From positions 52,576,001-52,640,000 of the forward strand of contig NC_135663.1 in NCBI RefSeq assembly GCF_964188315.1: a DNA stretch of 64,000 bases, written 5' to 3'. The notes beneath the pieces are model-generated. The model saw only the letters and a program-made list of their open reading frames with translations. It was not told where the DNA came from and did not search any database. This document shows, in pieces, positions 24,561 through 36,804 of the stretch. The stretch comes from Podarcis muralis. Lineage: Eukaryota. The first letter of the stretch is position 1; each line of letters opens with the position of its first letter. The translations under genes and the position numbers were made by a program.

Positions 24561-25000
24561 TAAAGGACCCCTGGACTGTTAAGTCCAGTCAAAGGCAACT
24601 ATGGGATTGCAGCGCTCATCTCACTTTCAGGCTGGTGGAGCTGGCATTTGTCCACAGACAGCTTTCCAAGTCATGTGGCCAGCATGACTGTTTCTGGCAC
24701 AATGGGACACCGTGACGGAAACCAGAGTGCATGGAAATGCCATTTAAATTCCCACCGCAGTGATACCTGTTTATCTACTTGCACTGGCATGCTTTCAAAC
24801 TGCTAGGTTCCCTGTTGAACACCCTCCCATCAGATGTCAAAGGAATAAACAACTATCTGATGTTTAGAAGACATCTGAAGGCAGCCCTGTTTAGGGAAGT
24901 TTTTAAATGACTTATGTTTTAATGTATTTTTAATCTCCTGTTGGAAGCCGCCCAAAGTGGCTGGGGAGACCCAGCCAAATGGGTGGGGTATAAGTTATAA

Positions 25001-25046
<46 letters not shown>

Positions 25047-25148
25047 GTAGGTTGGCAGGAGCTGGGACAGAGCAATGGGATTCGAACCGCTGACCTTCTG
25101 ATCGGCAAGCCCAAGAGGCTCAGTGGTTTAGACCACAGCACCACCCAC
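24561..25148 (-). mobile_element. Sauria SINE split by an L2 insertion
   Basis: Reverse-complement Sauria SINE; the sequence ...ACTGCTAGGTT|GGCAGGAGC... is interrupted at TAGGTT. Confidence 0.88.
24810..25047 (+). mobile_element. L2 LINE 3' fragment nested in a Sauria SINE
   Basis: Matches the 3' end of the L2 at 25852-26716; (TTA)n tail; 6-bp TSD TAGGTT at 24804-24809 and 25048-25053. Confidence 0.9.
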
Positions 25149-25850
25149 ATTGCACATGTAGCCACCCAAAAACACTCGAACTCCAGGACCCAACCTCAAG
25201 CGCACCCATGGACAACAGGTTCCCAGTGCACACTATGATCAGCCTTCTAGTGTTTTCCTTTTGTTTTCCTTTCATAAGGGCTGCGGAGAAGCTCAAATGG
25301 CCCCAGGTGAGCTTGCATCCCACTGCAGAGCAAGGCCATGGATCAATTGCAGGTGCCAACAAAGACGCCAGCCTCAGCATTCCACAAAATGGGAATTGCT
25401 GCTACGTTGAGTCTTCCTTCCTTTATTTAACTCCCCTTCAAAATCACTCTAGTAGGAGTGAACTGAGCTATTGAAGCCTGTGGAGGATTCTTTCTTTCTC
25501 TTGTACTCAACAGTTCTCCTCCCTAATTCAGTCAGGCACTGACCTAAAGCCACAGCATAGCTTTCTCTCTGCTTCTCAGCACAGATAATTTTAATCCCAT
25601 GTATAACTAACTGAATAGATAGACCTTAATGGCTCCTAGGGAACCATTATAGTTCATGCTGTCATGTCTGGTTGATGTACATGTGAACAGTGCCTTTGCT
25701 AAAAGACCTGATGCATTCAGTTCCTAATGCTCTATAGCAGCCAGCATTTTCACTCAAGCCGCAGGCTGCCTAGGAATGTCATATTTTCTGGCCACCTACT
25801 TTTGTAGATGCTCTCACATATTCTGGGCCTGGCCAGTTTTGGTGTGAGTA

Positions 25851-25851
<1 letters not shown>

Positions 25852-25894
<43 letters not shown>

Positions 25895-26716
25895 TTATTA
25901 TTTGTACCCCGCCCATCTGGCTGGGTTTCCCCAGCCACTCTGGGCGGCTTCCATAGAAACCAAAAATACACTAAAATATCATAGATTAAAAACTTCCCTG
26001 AACAGGGCTGCCTTAAGATGTCTTCTGAATGTCAAGTAGTTATTTATTGCTTTGACATCTGATGGGAGGGCGTTCCACAGGGCGGGTGCCACTACCGAGA
26101 AGGCCCTCTGCCTGGTTCCCTGTAGCTTTGCTTCTCGCAATGAGGGAACCGCCAGAAGGCCCTCGGCACTGGACCTCAGCGTCCGGGCAGAACGATGGGG
26201 GTGGAGACGCTCCTTCAGGTATACTGGGCTGAGGCCGTTTAGGGCTTTAAAGGTCAACACCAGCACTTTGAATTGTGCTCGGAAACATACTGGGAGCCAC
26301 TGTAGGTTTTTCAAGACCAGTGTTATGTGGTCTCGGCGGCCGCCCCCAGTCACCAGTCTAGCTGCCGCATTCTGGATTAGTTGTAGTTTCCGAGTCACCT
26401 TCAAAGGTAGCCCCACGTAGAGCGCATTGCAGTAATCCAAGCGGGAGATAACTAGAGCATGCACCACTCTGGCGAGACAGTCCGCGGGCAGGTAGGGTCT
26501 CAGCCTGTGTACCAGGTGGAGTTGGTAGACAGCTGCCCTGGATACAGAATTGACCTGCGCCTCCATGGACAGCTGTGAGTCCAAAATGACTCCCAGGCTG
26601 CACACCTGGTCCTTCAAGGGCACAGTTTCCCTATTCAGGACCAGGGAGTCCTCCACACCAGCCCGCCCCCTGTCCCCCAAAAACAGTACTTCTGTCTTGT
26701 CAGGATTCAACTTCAA
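25852..26716 (-). mobile_element. L2 LINE 3' portion with open ORF2 C-terminus (25979-26716)
   Basis: KLNPDKTE, LGVILDS, SRLDYCN, LQLIQNAAARL, QWLPV, FKVLVLTFKAL motifs typical of L2 ORF2; (TAA)n tail on the plus strand at 25852-25893. Confidence 0.95.
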
Positions 26717-27179
26717 TCCATTAGTGTGCCCAGAAACCCACCAAAGTTAGGTTTTTGACAATGATTCCAAAAGAGCTGTATCGGGAACTCAGAAACAGCC
26801 TGATCCTATGTGGAATTAGGCAGACTTACACTTTTTGAAATAAATGGGCTTATATATGTTGATGCTACTGAAAACTGATCAGGCAGGCTAAACTGTACTA
26901 CTGATATATATGCATATATATTTTTGCCTGTAACGAAGAACATTATAAGCCCCAATCAGCAGTGATAATGTTCACTGTTCAATCTCAGTATATCTTCTCT
27001 AACTTTGATCTGATACAATATTTAACTTTCAGTGCAGTTGAGGTTCTTGTTATTATTGTTGTTTTTTTTAAAAAAATAAACTATTAAAATGTTAACTATA
27101 ACAAGAGATATGCAGTCTCACAGGGGGAAAAAAGATAAGCTCTTAATCACCTCTAGCCCCTTAATTACTACTTCATTTA

Positions 27180-27310
27180 ATATTTTTAAAAATGATAATA
27201 TGGAAGGAGAATAGTCACACCTCCAGTGAGAGTTCCACAACTGGGGTGTCACAGCAGAGAAGGCTCTGCCCTGTGTCCCCTCAGAATGAGTCTCAGGTGT
27301 TGATAGGATC
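27180..27310 (-). mobile_element. Old L2 3' fragment
   Basis: Minus strand reads TQGRAFSAVTPQLWNS, matching the RQRAFSVVAPALWNA motif of the 26-kb L2. Confidence 0.6.
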
Positions 27311-28819
27311 ACAAGAAGATCTTACAACTCCGACTAGCAAGCAATGGTAGATGTGCTTCTTTAGGTACAGGTAACTGGGCCTTTAGCAACAACTGTTGTA
27401 AACACATGGACACATTCTTGGGTGAAGAGCACTTTCCCAATGACTTTTCATTGCTGACCAGTTTGGTAAATCCTGGGATAGATGATTTTAGGACCTCACT
27501 TGTGCATTCTGTCAATGCTGGACTGGTTAGGTACCAATATCCACTGCTCCCAAGGTCAGGGAGAAAAAAGTAGTCTCCTATAAATTACTCAAGGTGATGG
27601 AGTTCACCCAGGGTTGAAAGGAGGGATATTTCCCTCTTATGATTAGTCTGGCAGCCTGTATTTATATATATAGGCTGATCAGCTGAAGTGCTTAATCATT
27701 TTAGGATAATGGGCTGGAGAATATAACCTTTAATCATTATTTTGTTTCTCAAATCTGAGTGCATGTGCATTGGCCCAATCTATGCAAAGACCTCTTCACA
27801 TAGACATATTTCTCTATTCCATACCAAAGTGGGGGGCAAGTAACTGGTGGGAGTTCTATTCTCTGAAAATATGAAACTATGATATGAAACCATGTGAGAT
27901 TGTGGTTAATATTCTGTAAGGAATGTGATTACTGTTTTAGCCTGACAAAACAAATAGTGTGCAAATCTCGGCTGAATTCTCACCAAAAGTGTGTTTTCTT
28001 TCCTTTTCTGAAAGGAAGGCATTTATCATACCTGTATTGGATACAAATGCACAAAAGGGCATCCCTTGCCAATCAGACATTGAAACCAGTTTTTATAGGC
28101 TTCCACATCTATTATTTTGTTCCCAGGAGCTGCAATAAAACAGATAACGCTGTAAAGCTAATGATTTTTAAAGAATAATTTGCAGCAGATGTTTGCTCTC
28201 TCCAATGCACACAAGAGCCCCACGTAAATGTGCAATATCTCCTCTGACTTGCAACATTCTCTGCAGGTTGCGGTATAATTTTGTCTAATTGGAAAGAATG
28301 TGTGATCATTTGAATTTTATTCTGTGGGATAGAAGTGCTATGATCCGTGGAGGTTCGTGAGGCAAAGAAGCCAATTTCTTTCCTGAACCCACACGCTCCC
28401 AGTGGCACTTACCTTCAAATATTTCCCCTCTCCCTTTTATACAAGAACCCCAGGGATGTGCAGCATTTTAAGAGCACACCTAAAAGGCAGAGGTATATCT
28501 ATGGTGTCTGCCACCCCCAGGCAGAAAATTCTTTTTAGTCCATAGAGAAACTATTTAGCCTTGCTTGAAGTATTAACTGACATTCAGACACCAGGGAGGC
28601 TCAGGAACACACATTCCTAAACATGCACTCTGTTATCCTCTTCCAGAATCTGCTTTGCCTCCCCTTACCCAGGAAGGCAGGATGTGGAAGTGTTATCTGA
28701 AGACAGAGTGTAGTAGGGTCCCCATAAAATTAGCAGGTGAAGGTTCCCCCTGCCTGATTGAGTCTGCATTACCTGAGAGTAAGCCTCGTTGAATATGTTG
28801 GGACAGACTTCTGCATTAA

Positions 28820-29301
28820 TGTCAGCGACTGGGCAGAGGAGGAATGGTGGAGACTGCATCCCCAGCTTGACCCTCCCAGAGAATAAGAAGACAGTTCAGA
28901 ATTACAACAGGGGTTTGAGGTAGGTCAGAGTTCAGAGGCAGATGAGGGGGAAAGCTGGGAAATAATGGGAGAGGAGGAAGAAGAAGAAGCACCAGGGGAA
29001 TGGCAGCTGATGGAAGTGTCTTTAGAGAGCATTACAGAACCTCTTTCAGAACCCAGCAAGCCTTGAAAGTAGTAGAGCAAAGGACTCAGAAGCAAAAGGC
29101 CCTCAGCACCACCTGCAGAGGAGAAGGTGACAAATGAGGAAGTGGGAAGAAAAGGGGGTGGAAAGTCACCATTATACCAAGAAGCTCCGTTCTGAGCCTC
29201 TCTGTGTAAATATTGAATAAAAAGCAGATGGTAAGGACTTTTCCTTGTCTGATCCGTTCCTGGCAACCTGCCATGGAGGTTGGTTCCTCCGCCACCTGAC
29301 A
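28820..29301 (+). mobile_element. Solo LTR (482 bp), probably Gypsy-type
   Basis: Inverted termini TGTCAG...CTGACA; flanks ATTAA / AATAA (5 bp, 4/5 match); AATAAA near 29216; related to the LTR at 61284. Confidence 0.75.
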
Positions 29302-29850
29302 AATAACATGCATAGCACTGGCCAATGAAGGGGAAGTTTCAGGAGCAGTGACAGGTGGGGAGTGGGAAGGAAAAAGCAAACAAGAAGTAAACAATTCTCA
29401 TTTCTGGGGACCCCATATCATAGGTTAGCATTCCCTCTCACTAGCCAGTGGGTGCAGAGAAAACTGGACAGTCGCATACATACCATAATCCCTCACCAAC
29501 CCACCCTAAACCACTCAGGACAGTTCATCCCATCCTGCTCATTTTTTTACCTGTTTCTTCTACCCTGACTCCAAGCAGGAGAAGTAAGAAGAGGAAGAGG
29601 AAGAAGACAACCAATCCTTTGTTAGAATTCTTGAGCAATGTCAGATAAAAAGCTGGTGGTACCTTATATTTTATCAACTGACTGATGGCCACAGTCAAAA
29701 TGAAGGTATGCTTCTATCAAAGGCAATGGGACAAAAAAAGGAGCTTAAATCTGACTGGCTAACATTAGAGCATTTTCACAAGTGATGCTCAACTATGGCC
29801 GTTTAGAAATCACAGAAGCTGAACACCTTGAAGTCTTTGCTACCTGGCTG

Positions 29851-30290
29851 GTTGGCATCTGTCTGTCTCAAGAGACAATGGAGTGTGCCTCCAGGGGTGA
29901 AGTCTGGCACAGCATTATGTTTGGCACCAGCTTCCCAGAAGGAGGTGTACAAGGCACTACCCAACCATTTTAGGCAGTCAAATCCAGATTTGTGTAGGGC
30001 CGGGAATGTCAACCTTTTTATACCTACCGACCACTAATCCATCTTTCTTGATGATAAAATTTCCTTATCGCCCACCAGTGGTTGATGGAAGAAAGATTCA
30101 TCTTGTGCCATAGAACCCCCTACCGCCCACCTGGAATCCTGAAACGCCCACTAGTGGGTGGTAGGGACCAGGTTAACAACTTCTGGTGTAGGGTTTACTC
30201 CTTAGCCTTTTCTTCTTCTGAAGATATCACACAAGGCAGTGGAGGTTTAGAATCAGAGTTGATGAGTCCCATCTGCCCCTCACTTCCTTC
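29851..30290 (-). mobile_element. Second copy of the RTE-like short element, interrupted by a hAT MITE
   Basis: Homologous to 14802-15115 but with different internal deletions. Confidence 0.55.
30000..30185. mobile_element. hAT MITE (186 bp)
   Basis: Perfect 8-bp TSD GTGTAGGG (29992-29999, 30186-30193); degenerate TIR CCGGGAATGTCAACC / GGTTAACAACTTCTG; internal CGCCCAC repeats. Confidence 0.85.
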
Positions 30291-30383
30291 TATAGCATGT
30301 GCAGAAACCAACTTCTTGACCACTGGACCCACTATTGGTCTCATAAGCATAATCCACCACCTGTGTCTTGGCCAGGAGTCACA

Positions 30384-30723
30384 GTATTCGGCAAAATTCC
30401 AATGTTGTCCGATTAACTCAAAAATGATGCCAAACACCTGCAAATTGCCCCCTGCAACATTTGGCGGTATAAACGCCGCATTTCCAGGTAGGCCAAAAAA
30501 TGAACCATTGGAGCCCTGACCCGTGCGTCATGGTATTCGCCAAATTATGACATCCGATTCACTTGAAAATGGCACCCAACACCTGCAAATTGCCTCCTGC
30601 AATGTTTTGCAGTGCAAAAGCTGCATTTCCAGGTAGGCCCCAAAATCAGCCCTCAGTGCCCTGACCCACAGGTCACAATTTTCGTCCGATTCATTTGAAA
30701 ACTGTGTGAAACACCTGCAAATA
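30384..30723. repeat. Degenerate tandem repeat, about 2.5 units of ~132-149 bp
   Basis: ACACCTGCAAAT at 30434, 30579 and 30711; GTATTCG at 30384 and 30533; GCATTTCCAGGTAGGCC and GCCCTGACCC each twice; TCCGATT three times. Confidence 0.85.
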
Positions 30724-31200
30724 AAAAAACATGTTGTGCAGCTTTCAACTAGACTGAATTCATTACCATGCAATGTGAAATAAAGTGCAAGTGTCTTTAG
30801 TGACCATTTAAATGCATATGTTTATTGGGGCTTATTTTGCTATGTGTACTTTAAAACAAATGGAAAGTTATTTTCATCTCAAAAAGCAGGTTGATTGAAA
30901 CTCATTTCAGCTAGAAGTTCTATGTGCAAGAACCAAAGAGCAGGACAATGCTAATATTCAGCCCTCTATGTTCCCCCAAAGTAGTTATTTTATGTTATTA
31001 TCTGAAGCTGAAATATTTGCAAGCTATGATAGCTAAACACAGAAGCATAGAAGACAAATGTAAGCTTTTAAAAACTGTACAACAATGTGTTCTTCAGTGA
31101 TAAACAAAAATAGGGAAGGAATTATTTTCAGATAAGTAATTTTGGGAGAGATTCATTGGCCACTTAAAATTTTCTATCCTCCCTAAAATTGCAGATTCAT

Positions 31201-31850
31201 TTGCTAGAATGGGAACAAAAGACGAGCTTGTTAAAGCCTCAATGACACACTGGGCAATAGATATAGGTCACAATATAGATTTTAACCTCTGGGAAAAACT
31301 CTGGGAAAGTGATTTGAAGTTCACAGCATGTTATTCTTTGAAGGAGAACTACCTGAAAATGATTTACAGATGGTATTTAACTCTGAGTAGGCTTGCTAAG
31401 ATGTGTAAGACTAAATCAGATAAGCGCTGGAGATGCAAAGAGGTTGAGGGAACATTCCTTCATATGTGGTGGACTTGTAAAAGGGTAAAAGAGTATTGGG
31501 AAATGATCCATATTAAATTGAAAAAAAATGTTTAGAAGTACTTTCCCCCAAAAAACCAGAGTTCTTTCTGTTGGGGATTAATTCAGACTGAAATTCCCAG
31601 GTGTCAAAAAAGGTTATGTTACTACTGTGGCCTGTGCTTTGTGAAAGCACTGGCAGCATTAAGATAAATTCAACAGTGTAAATAAGTCATGATGGATGTA
31701 ATAACAGAATACTGAATGGTATAATTTCTGTAAAATATGCAGGGATTTATGATATGCAAAATGAACCATAGAAAGAGAAGAAGGGAAGTCACTGATATTT
31801 TAAGGATGTAAAAATGAGTATTTTAAATTTAATAAAATTTAGATACAAAA
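31201..31850 (+). mobile_element. L1 LINE 3' fragment (ORF2 C-terminal Cys-rich region plus 3'UTR)
   Basis: ORF 31209-31535 contains LWEKLW...NYLKMIYRWYLT...RCKEVEGTFLHMWWTC, like the L1 ORF2p C-terminus; AATAAA near 31830. Confidence 0.85.
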
Positions 31851-32232
31851 AATATTAATCGCAGATTCATCTACTACAGTTGTGCAGCAGTGCTGTTTAC
31901 TTTCCAAATCACAGTGTGAATAAGGGTGCTTCAGATGTCCGGTGAGGTTTTCAGATGCCTAAATCTGAGTGATGAAGGCATCTCAAGTTGCATCAGGAAC
32001 TCCTTAAAGTCCCAAGTCACCCTGCATACTTGAATCCCCGCAAAAGTGATGGTTGTATTTTTATTTTATTTTTAAAAGAGAGAAAATACCATGAATTTAC
32101 GTGGGGAGGAGGTGGAGAGAGACTGACAGGACCAGGTTTCAATCACAGTGGGCCATTTTCCTAAAGAACTCCAATCATTTGCAGAATGAAACTGGTTTCT
32201 CAAGAAGGCTGTTCCATTTCCTGATGGGACGG

Positions 32233-32759
32233 TGTTGTGGGCAGGCCACGTGGCCTCCTGCACACAGTGGCGGCTGGGCTAAGCCCTCGCATCATCAGGG
32301 AGTCCCTGGCCACATCATGGGCCTCAGCCAGCCAATCCGATTGCCTGGAGGGGGTTAGCACTTTTAAGCAGCTACAAGGTCAGGGGATCTCCCTTCTTGT
32401 TCCGTCTTCTGGAGATGTGGCCATCATCTGCCCCTTCATTTTTAAGGATATTCTGTTAAAGGGATCCGGAGGTGTGGATCTTGTCTGAAGCCCGGAAAGG
32501 GCCTAGGACCATGCCACGACCCCAACAGGGACCCTGGAGGAGCTCTTAGTTAGGGCTCCCCCTATTGGTGGTTGACCCTTACTAAGCTATCTGCATGGTG
32601 GGCAGGAGTCAGATATAGTCAGTTCAATTCCAATGCCTAAGCCAATGCCACTCACATTCTGTAACCAAGAAAACTGTGGCCTAAATTTGGCCATCAACCT
32701 AATATACCGTGTCCAGGTGTTATTATTCAATATAAGGGGGAGGCCTCGGGGTCTTGACA
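32233..32759 (+). mobile_element. Probable solo LTR
   Basis: TG...CA ends (TGTTGTGG...CTTGACA), CCAAT (32331), TATA-like TTTTAAG, and CTGTGGCCTAAATTTGGCC resembling LTR R/U5 sequence; no TSD found. Confidence 0.4.
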
Positions 32760-33755
32760 TGCAAGTGCTTTTCAGCAGCAAAAAAATAAAATAAAAATGT
32801 AATGGATCAAGGTTGTGTGTGGACTACGTAGAAAAAACAAGTACTCAGTCTCCATTGGTTCTAGATTAAAATGTTGTGTGTATTGAACCTCAATCTAAAC
32901 CGGTTTGAAACAGGTTTAACATCCATTGCTTTCACCAAAGATCCTGGGGAGCTGCAGTTCTGAGATGGTGTTGAGAATGCATTGTTTGGGATCCTAGCTC
33001 CCGCAAAGAGCATCAAATTCCACGGTTCTTGTCTTGAGATCCAGGGTAGTTAGGTTTGAAATTGATTTAAATTTGTAGTGCAAACATGCTGTGGCTCTAC
33101 CAGTTCAATAAGTTTATGAATCACTCCTTTCAAGTATAGGAAGAAGAGGAATTTTTCCATTGTCAAATATAAAATCAAAATAAATTATGACTAAACCATA
33201 AATATAAAGCCAACACATAGTTATCTAATGTGTCATATGCAAGAGCAAGAATAACGACACGAGGGAAGGTTGAAGAAACTACCATAAAAAAAACAAAATG
33301 CCAAACAGAACATTTTCATGGGTCAGAAAACCAACTGTTATTATAAGAAATAAAGGTGGCAGTGACCTATACAATGGCTAGGGGAGGGGGAAACGAAGCG
33401 AAGTTAGCATTACTTCTGCTGCATTTCATGTGTCAGAATTCTGTTAGGCAGATTCCTTCTTTAGCTACACTGACAGATGGCTAAATTGGTGAGTGCTATG
33501 TGAAAAGCTCCTTGAAAAATTGCTAGCCTAATACTATGTGATTGACAATCAATGGGGCAGGAGAGTAGCTATAAAGCAGGTTTTGAGGAAAGAAAACCTT
33601 GCCGTTGAAGGATTAGGGGTACTAATATTTGAGAGGCTGTGCACCATAGGCTATTGGGAACTTTCCCTAAACCTCTCCTGTTTCATATATTTTCTGACCC
33701 CACCCATCACCAACAAGTCTCTATTCCATTGCAATGGTGTGTGTAGGATCTAGTA

Positions 33756-33892
33756 CAGAGGTACCCAGTGTGTGGTCCTCCAGGTGTCATTGGACTACAA
33801 CTCCCATCATCCCTGCCTGTTGGTCATGCTGGATGGGGCTAATGGGAGTTGTGGTCCAGCAACATCTGCAGGGCAGCATGTTGCTCTTCCTG
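33756..33892. mobile_element. Short palindromic hAT-type MITE (137 bp)
   Basis: 8-bp TSD ATCTAGTA / CTCTAGTA (7/8); internal inverted GGACTACAACTCCCAT / ATGGGAGTTGTGGTCC; related decayed copies near 15230, 44955, 46720, 49530, 55250 and 63503. Confidence 0.75.
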
Positions 33893-36324
33893 CTCTAGTA
33901 TATATTTATATTTCAAGGTTGTGTGCTGATAACAATCTTTTTGTGGCCGTATCCTGCAACAAGTCCATGCAACCATAGTGCATCCACACACCATTCCCAC
34001 AACATTCTGCTTTGTTAGTTGTTCTGCCATGTTGCCCCCATGTTACTGCCCCCATGCAGTATTGCCATCTGGAAAGGGAACTCCTGCACTATTGTACATT
34101 TGAGCAGGACAAAAAAACCAAACAAAAACAAAACGAGAAAAGAACAGTTGTGTAGGAATGATCGCTGGGTGTGGAGCACACTTCTGCCTGAAGACAGCCT
34201 CAGCTGTCTGCACGCTTGACCTTGGGGTGCAGAGCACACTCCCTCCCACAGACAAAGCCACAGCTGTCTGAACATCTTGCCCCCTATCTAACCTTTGATC
34301 TCTTAGTGGTCTTCCGTGCCCTGTCTGTGACCTTTGTCTCCTTCGTCATACATTGTTCAAGGGGAAAATGACACGGTGGAAACAGGTGCCAAAATAACTT
34401 TGTACCACCCCACGATCTCAGGATTGGAAGTTGTATAAAGGTCACAGTCCAAAATGTATCTGACTGGTTTTGCATATTGTGCCAATAAAAGGAGCCTCCA
34501 CAGAGCTAGCCAGCAGCTTGCCTGTGCACAGCTCACCTGCATTACAACTCATGCCCTTGACTTCACAGTTGTTGTGTGAAAAGCTGCAGGATTTCATCAG
34601 AAAGCTATGGGGCATATGCTGATTGCAAACGAAGCGATATCTCCACCTCAAAACGTCTGCAAATAGTACTGAAAGTGGGATTGTGTATAACTGCCCCAAT
34701 ACTTTCATGAGCACAAATTATCATGAATGGACAATAAAAATCATACCTGGTGTTGCTCTTAGAGACTTGTATATGCCATGATAGAGCTGGAAAGATGGAA
34801 AGGAGATATTCCACCAGTGAAAAAGGCCCTTCGTTCTAAGGCAGGGAGGGAGCAGGAGGGGAATGGAATCATTGTGTGTGAGAGTGTTACATCCACCATG
34901 TTGTCTGTCTGCCTACTTTTCTGAGCATGCTGGATCACTGCCCAGTCTGAACTGAGCTTTTGAAACCAAAACCAAATTTAGTACATTTTTAGGTTTATTC
35001 AACTTTTCCTTAAAAAAAAAATATGGATGTGTAGCCTGTTATACGATAGCTATTTCCCCTTTCCTGTGAATTGCATAACACACTTGTAAAGCATCACTGA
35101 ATAGAATCTTCAAAACAAAGCAAGTCTTTTAAGGCATTGAGAGAGACAGAGTTATGGTGTGTCCCCCACCCCCCAATGTAAGATATTCAAATGGGATTTC
35201 CCAAGTGCTATGTCACAACCAACACTCCCTAGGAGAAGAGAAACTAAATGATACATCAGAACTTGGGGGGGGGGGACTATTTTGGAGTGGCAGTGTGCAA
35301 AATAAAAGGGAGCATCTGGGAATAAGAAATCTGAAATAAGAAGTCTGACATAATATTTACCTGGATTTTCTACTCATGTGCTTTAGTTGTTCAGAAATTC
35401 ACTTTCGATGCTTTAGGAAGACTTTCAAGTTTGGTTTGTAATGTGGTATGTTTAGAATGTGCAGGATAAAGTCGCTCTTTTTATTATTTTCTTCTAGCCT
35501 TCACAATCTCCACTCTTGGCTTTTGTTGGCTCCTGACCCTACATATAACTTATGTCAAGGCAAAAGTTATTTCATTTGGCACAAGGATTCTTATTTCAGA
35601 GTGCTGCATGGACACTTGAGGAGTGCAAAAAGGGAGTAAGAGAATTATACACTTTTAACTCTTACCTAGCCATCTGGGAATGTTGGCAAATGAAGATCTG
35701 TGCAGATTACCTGATGATCACCTGCTGCCTCAACCTGTGCATATTTCATTCAGTGGTGGCATGCTGGGTGATGTCCAGTCCTTGTCTTTTTCATGTTCTC
35801 ACCCATAACTTTGTTCCAGCTCATTTCTGCACTAATGTGCTTTTCTTTTAAAAAAGGAAAGAAATCTCAACAAAAACTTAAATGTGCGTATTCTCTCAAA
35901 AGGCCAATTTCTCTCAAAATACATATTTGAAAATGAATAGAATTCCTTTTTTATTTTGAGTCCAGGACTGTGCACAACATTTGGGAAGTGTGAAATTCAG
36001 TGGATAACTGAAGGTAACCAAGCTATTGCTGTTGGTTGGGTTGTCAGATCAGGATGGACATGCACTGACGTCCCTGTTGGCTCCTACCAGTAGAGAGGTG
36101 CACCATTGGTAAGGGGAGGGCTCTGTCATAGGGGATGTTGCATCTGTTCATGGATGGCTGATAAACGTCTGCCAGCAGTTATCCCATTGGTGATAAGATG
36201 TGCAGAAATCTGAAGTAATACATTTAAAGACAGGGCACAGGATCCAGAGCCCCACAGATTCCCTGAGGGGTCTTCTTCTTGGGCCTCTCTGCTGCACCAA
36301 CCCTGGAGGTGATGTGCAAATATT

Positions 36325-36473
36325 GGGATAGCTCAGTTGGTAGAGCATGAGCCTCGTCATCTCAGGGTTGTGGGTTCGAGGCCAATGTTGGGCAAAAGAT
36401 TCCTGCATTGCAATGCAGCTGACTAGAAGACGCTCATGGTCCCTTTGAGCTCTACAATTCTATGATTCTATGA
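36325..36473 (+). mobile_element. Short SINE: tRNA-Lys-like head plus CR1-type tail
   Basis: GGGATAGCTCAGTTGGTAGAGC (A box), GGTTCGAG (B box), then GATTCCTGCATTGCA...GACTAGA...GGTCCCTT...CTCTAC, shared with the CR1 3' end at 12095-12156; ends (ATTCTATG)n. Confidence 0.8.
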
Positions 36474-36804
36474 AAACATCCTGGTCAACAGGAACTAGCA
36501 GCCCCTCAAAGGCAGTGGTGATTCTATCACTCCACACCTCCCCAGACCCAGTTAGGATTACTCTGTGAGTTGTGCTCTGTACATTAGTGTGGGAGGTACA
36601 GATCAGGTCAGTTCATATTTGACTTTTCAAAGATCAAATTCCATAAGCATCCCTTGTTCAGTGAGAGTCTGAGCTTTATTCTGTAGCAAGTTTGCTTTTG
36701 ATTAGATTCTTTAAAACCCAGTGGGATGCTCTCTTATTTAATGTCTATCATAGACTTTGCAGACACAGCAGGTTGGATCCAGAAATAGTCAGACTGAGAG
36801 TAGA

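Noticed and set aside
24957-25971. Poly-Leu ORFs (24957-25238, 25750-25971)
   Set aside because: Translations of (TTA)n L2 tails.
28925-29394. Ser-rich minus-strand ORFs in the solo LTR, likewise 61261-61653
   Set aside because: The antisense strand of purine-rich sequence is naturally depleted of stops; the motif similarity between the two LTRs is on the plus strand.
30384-30723. CRISPR-like repeat/spacer pattern
   Set aside because: Vertebrate context; the units are degenerate tandem copies rather than identical repeats with unique spacers.
36325-36400. Possible tRNA-Lys gene
   Set aside because: The anticodon arm and acceptor stem are degenerate and the sequence runs into a CR1 tail, so it is a SINE head.
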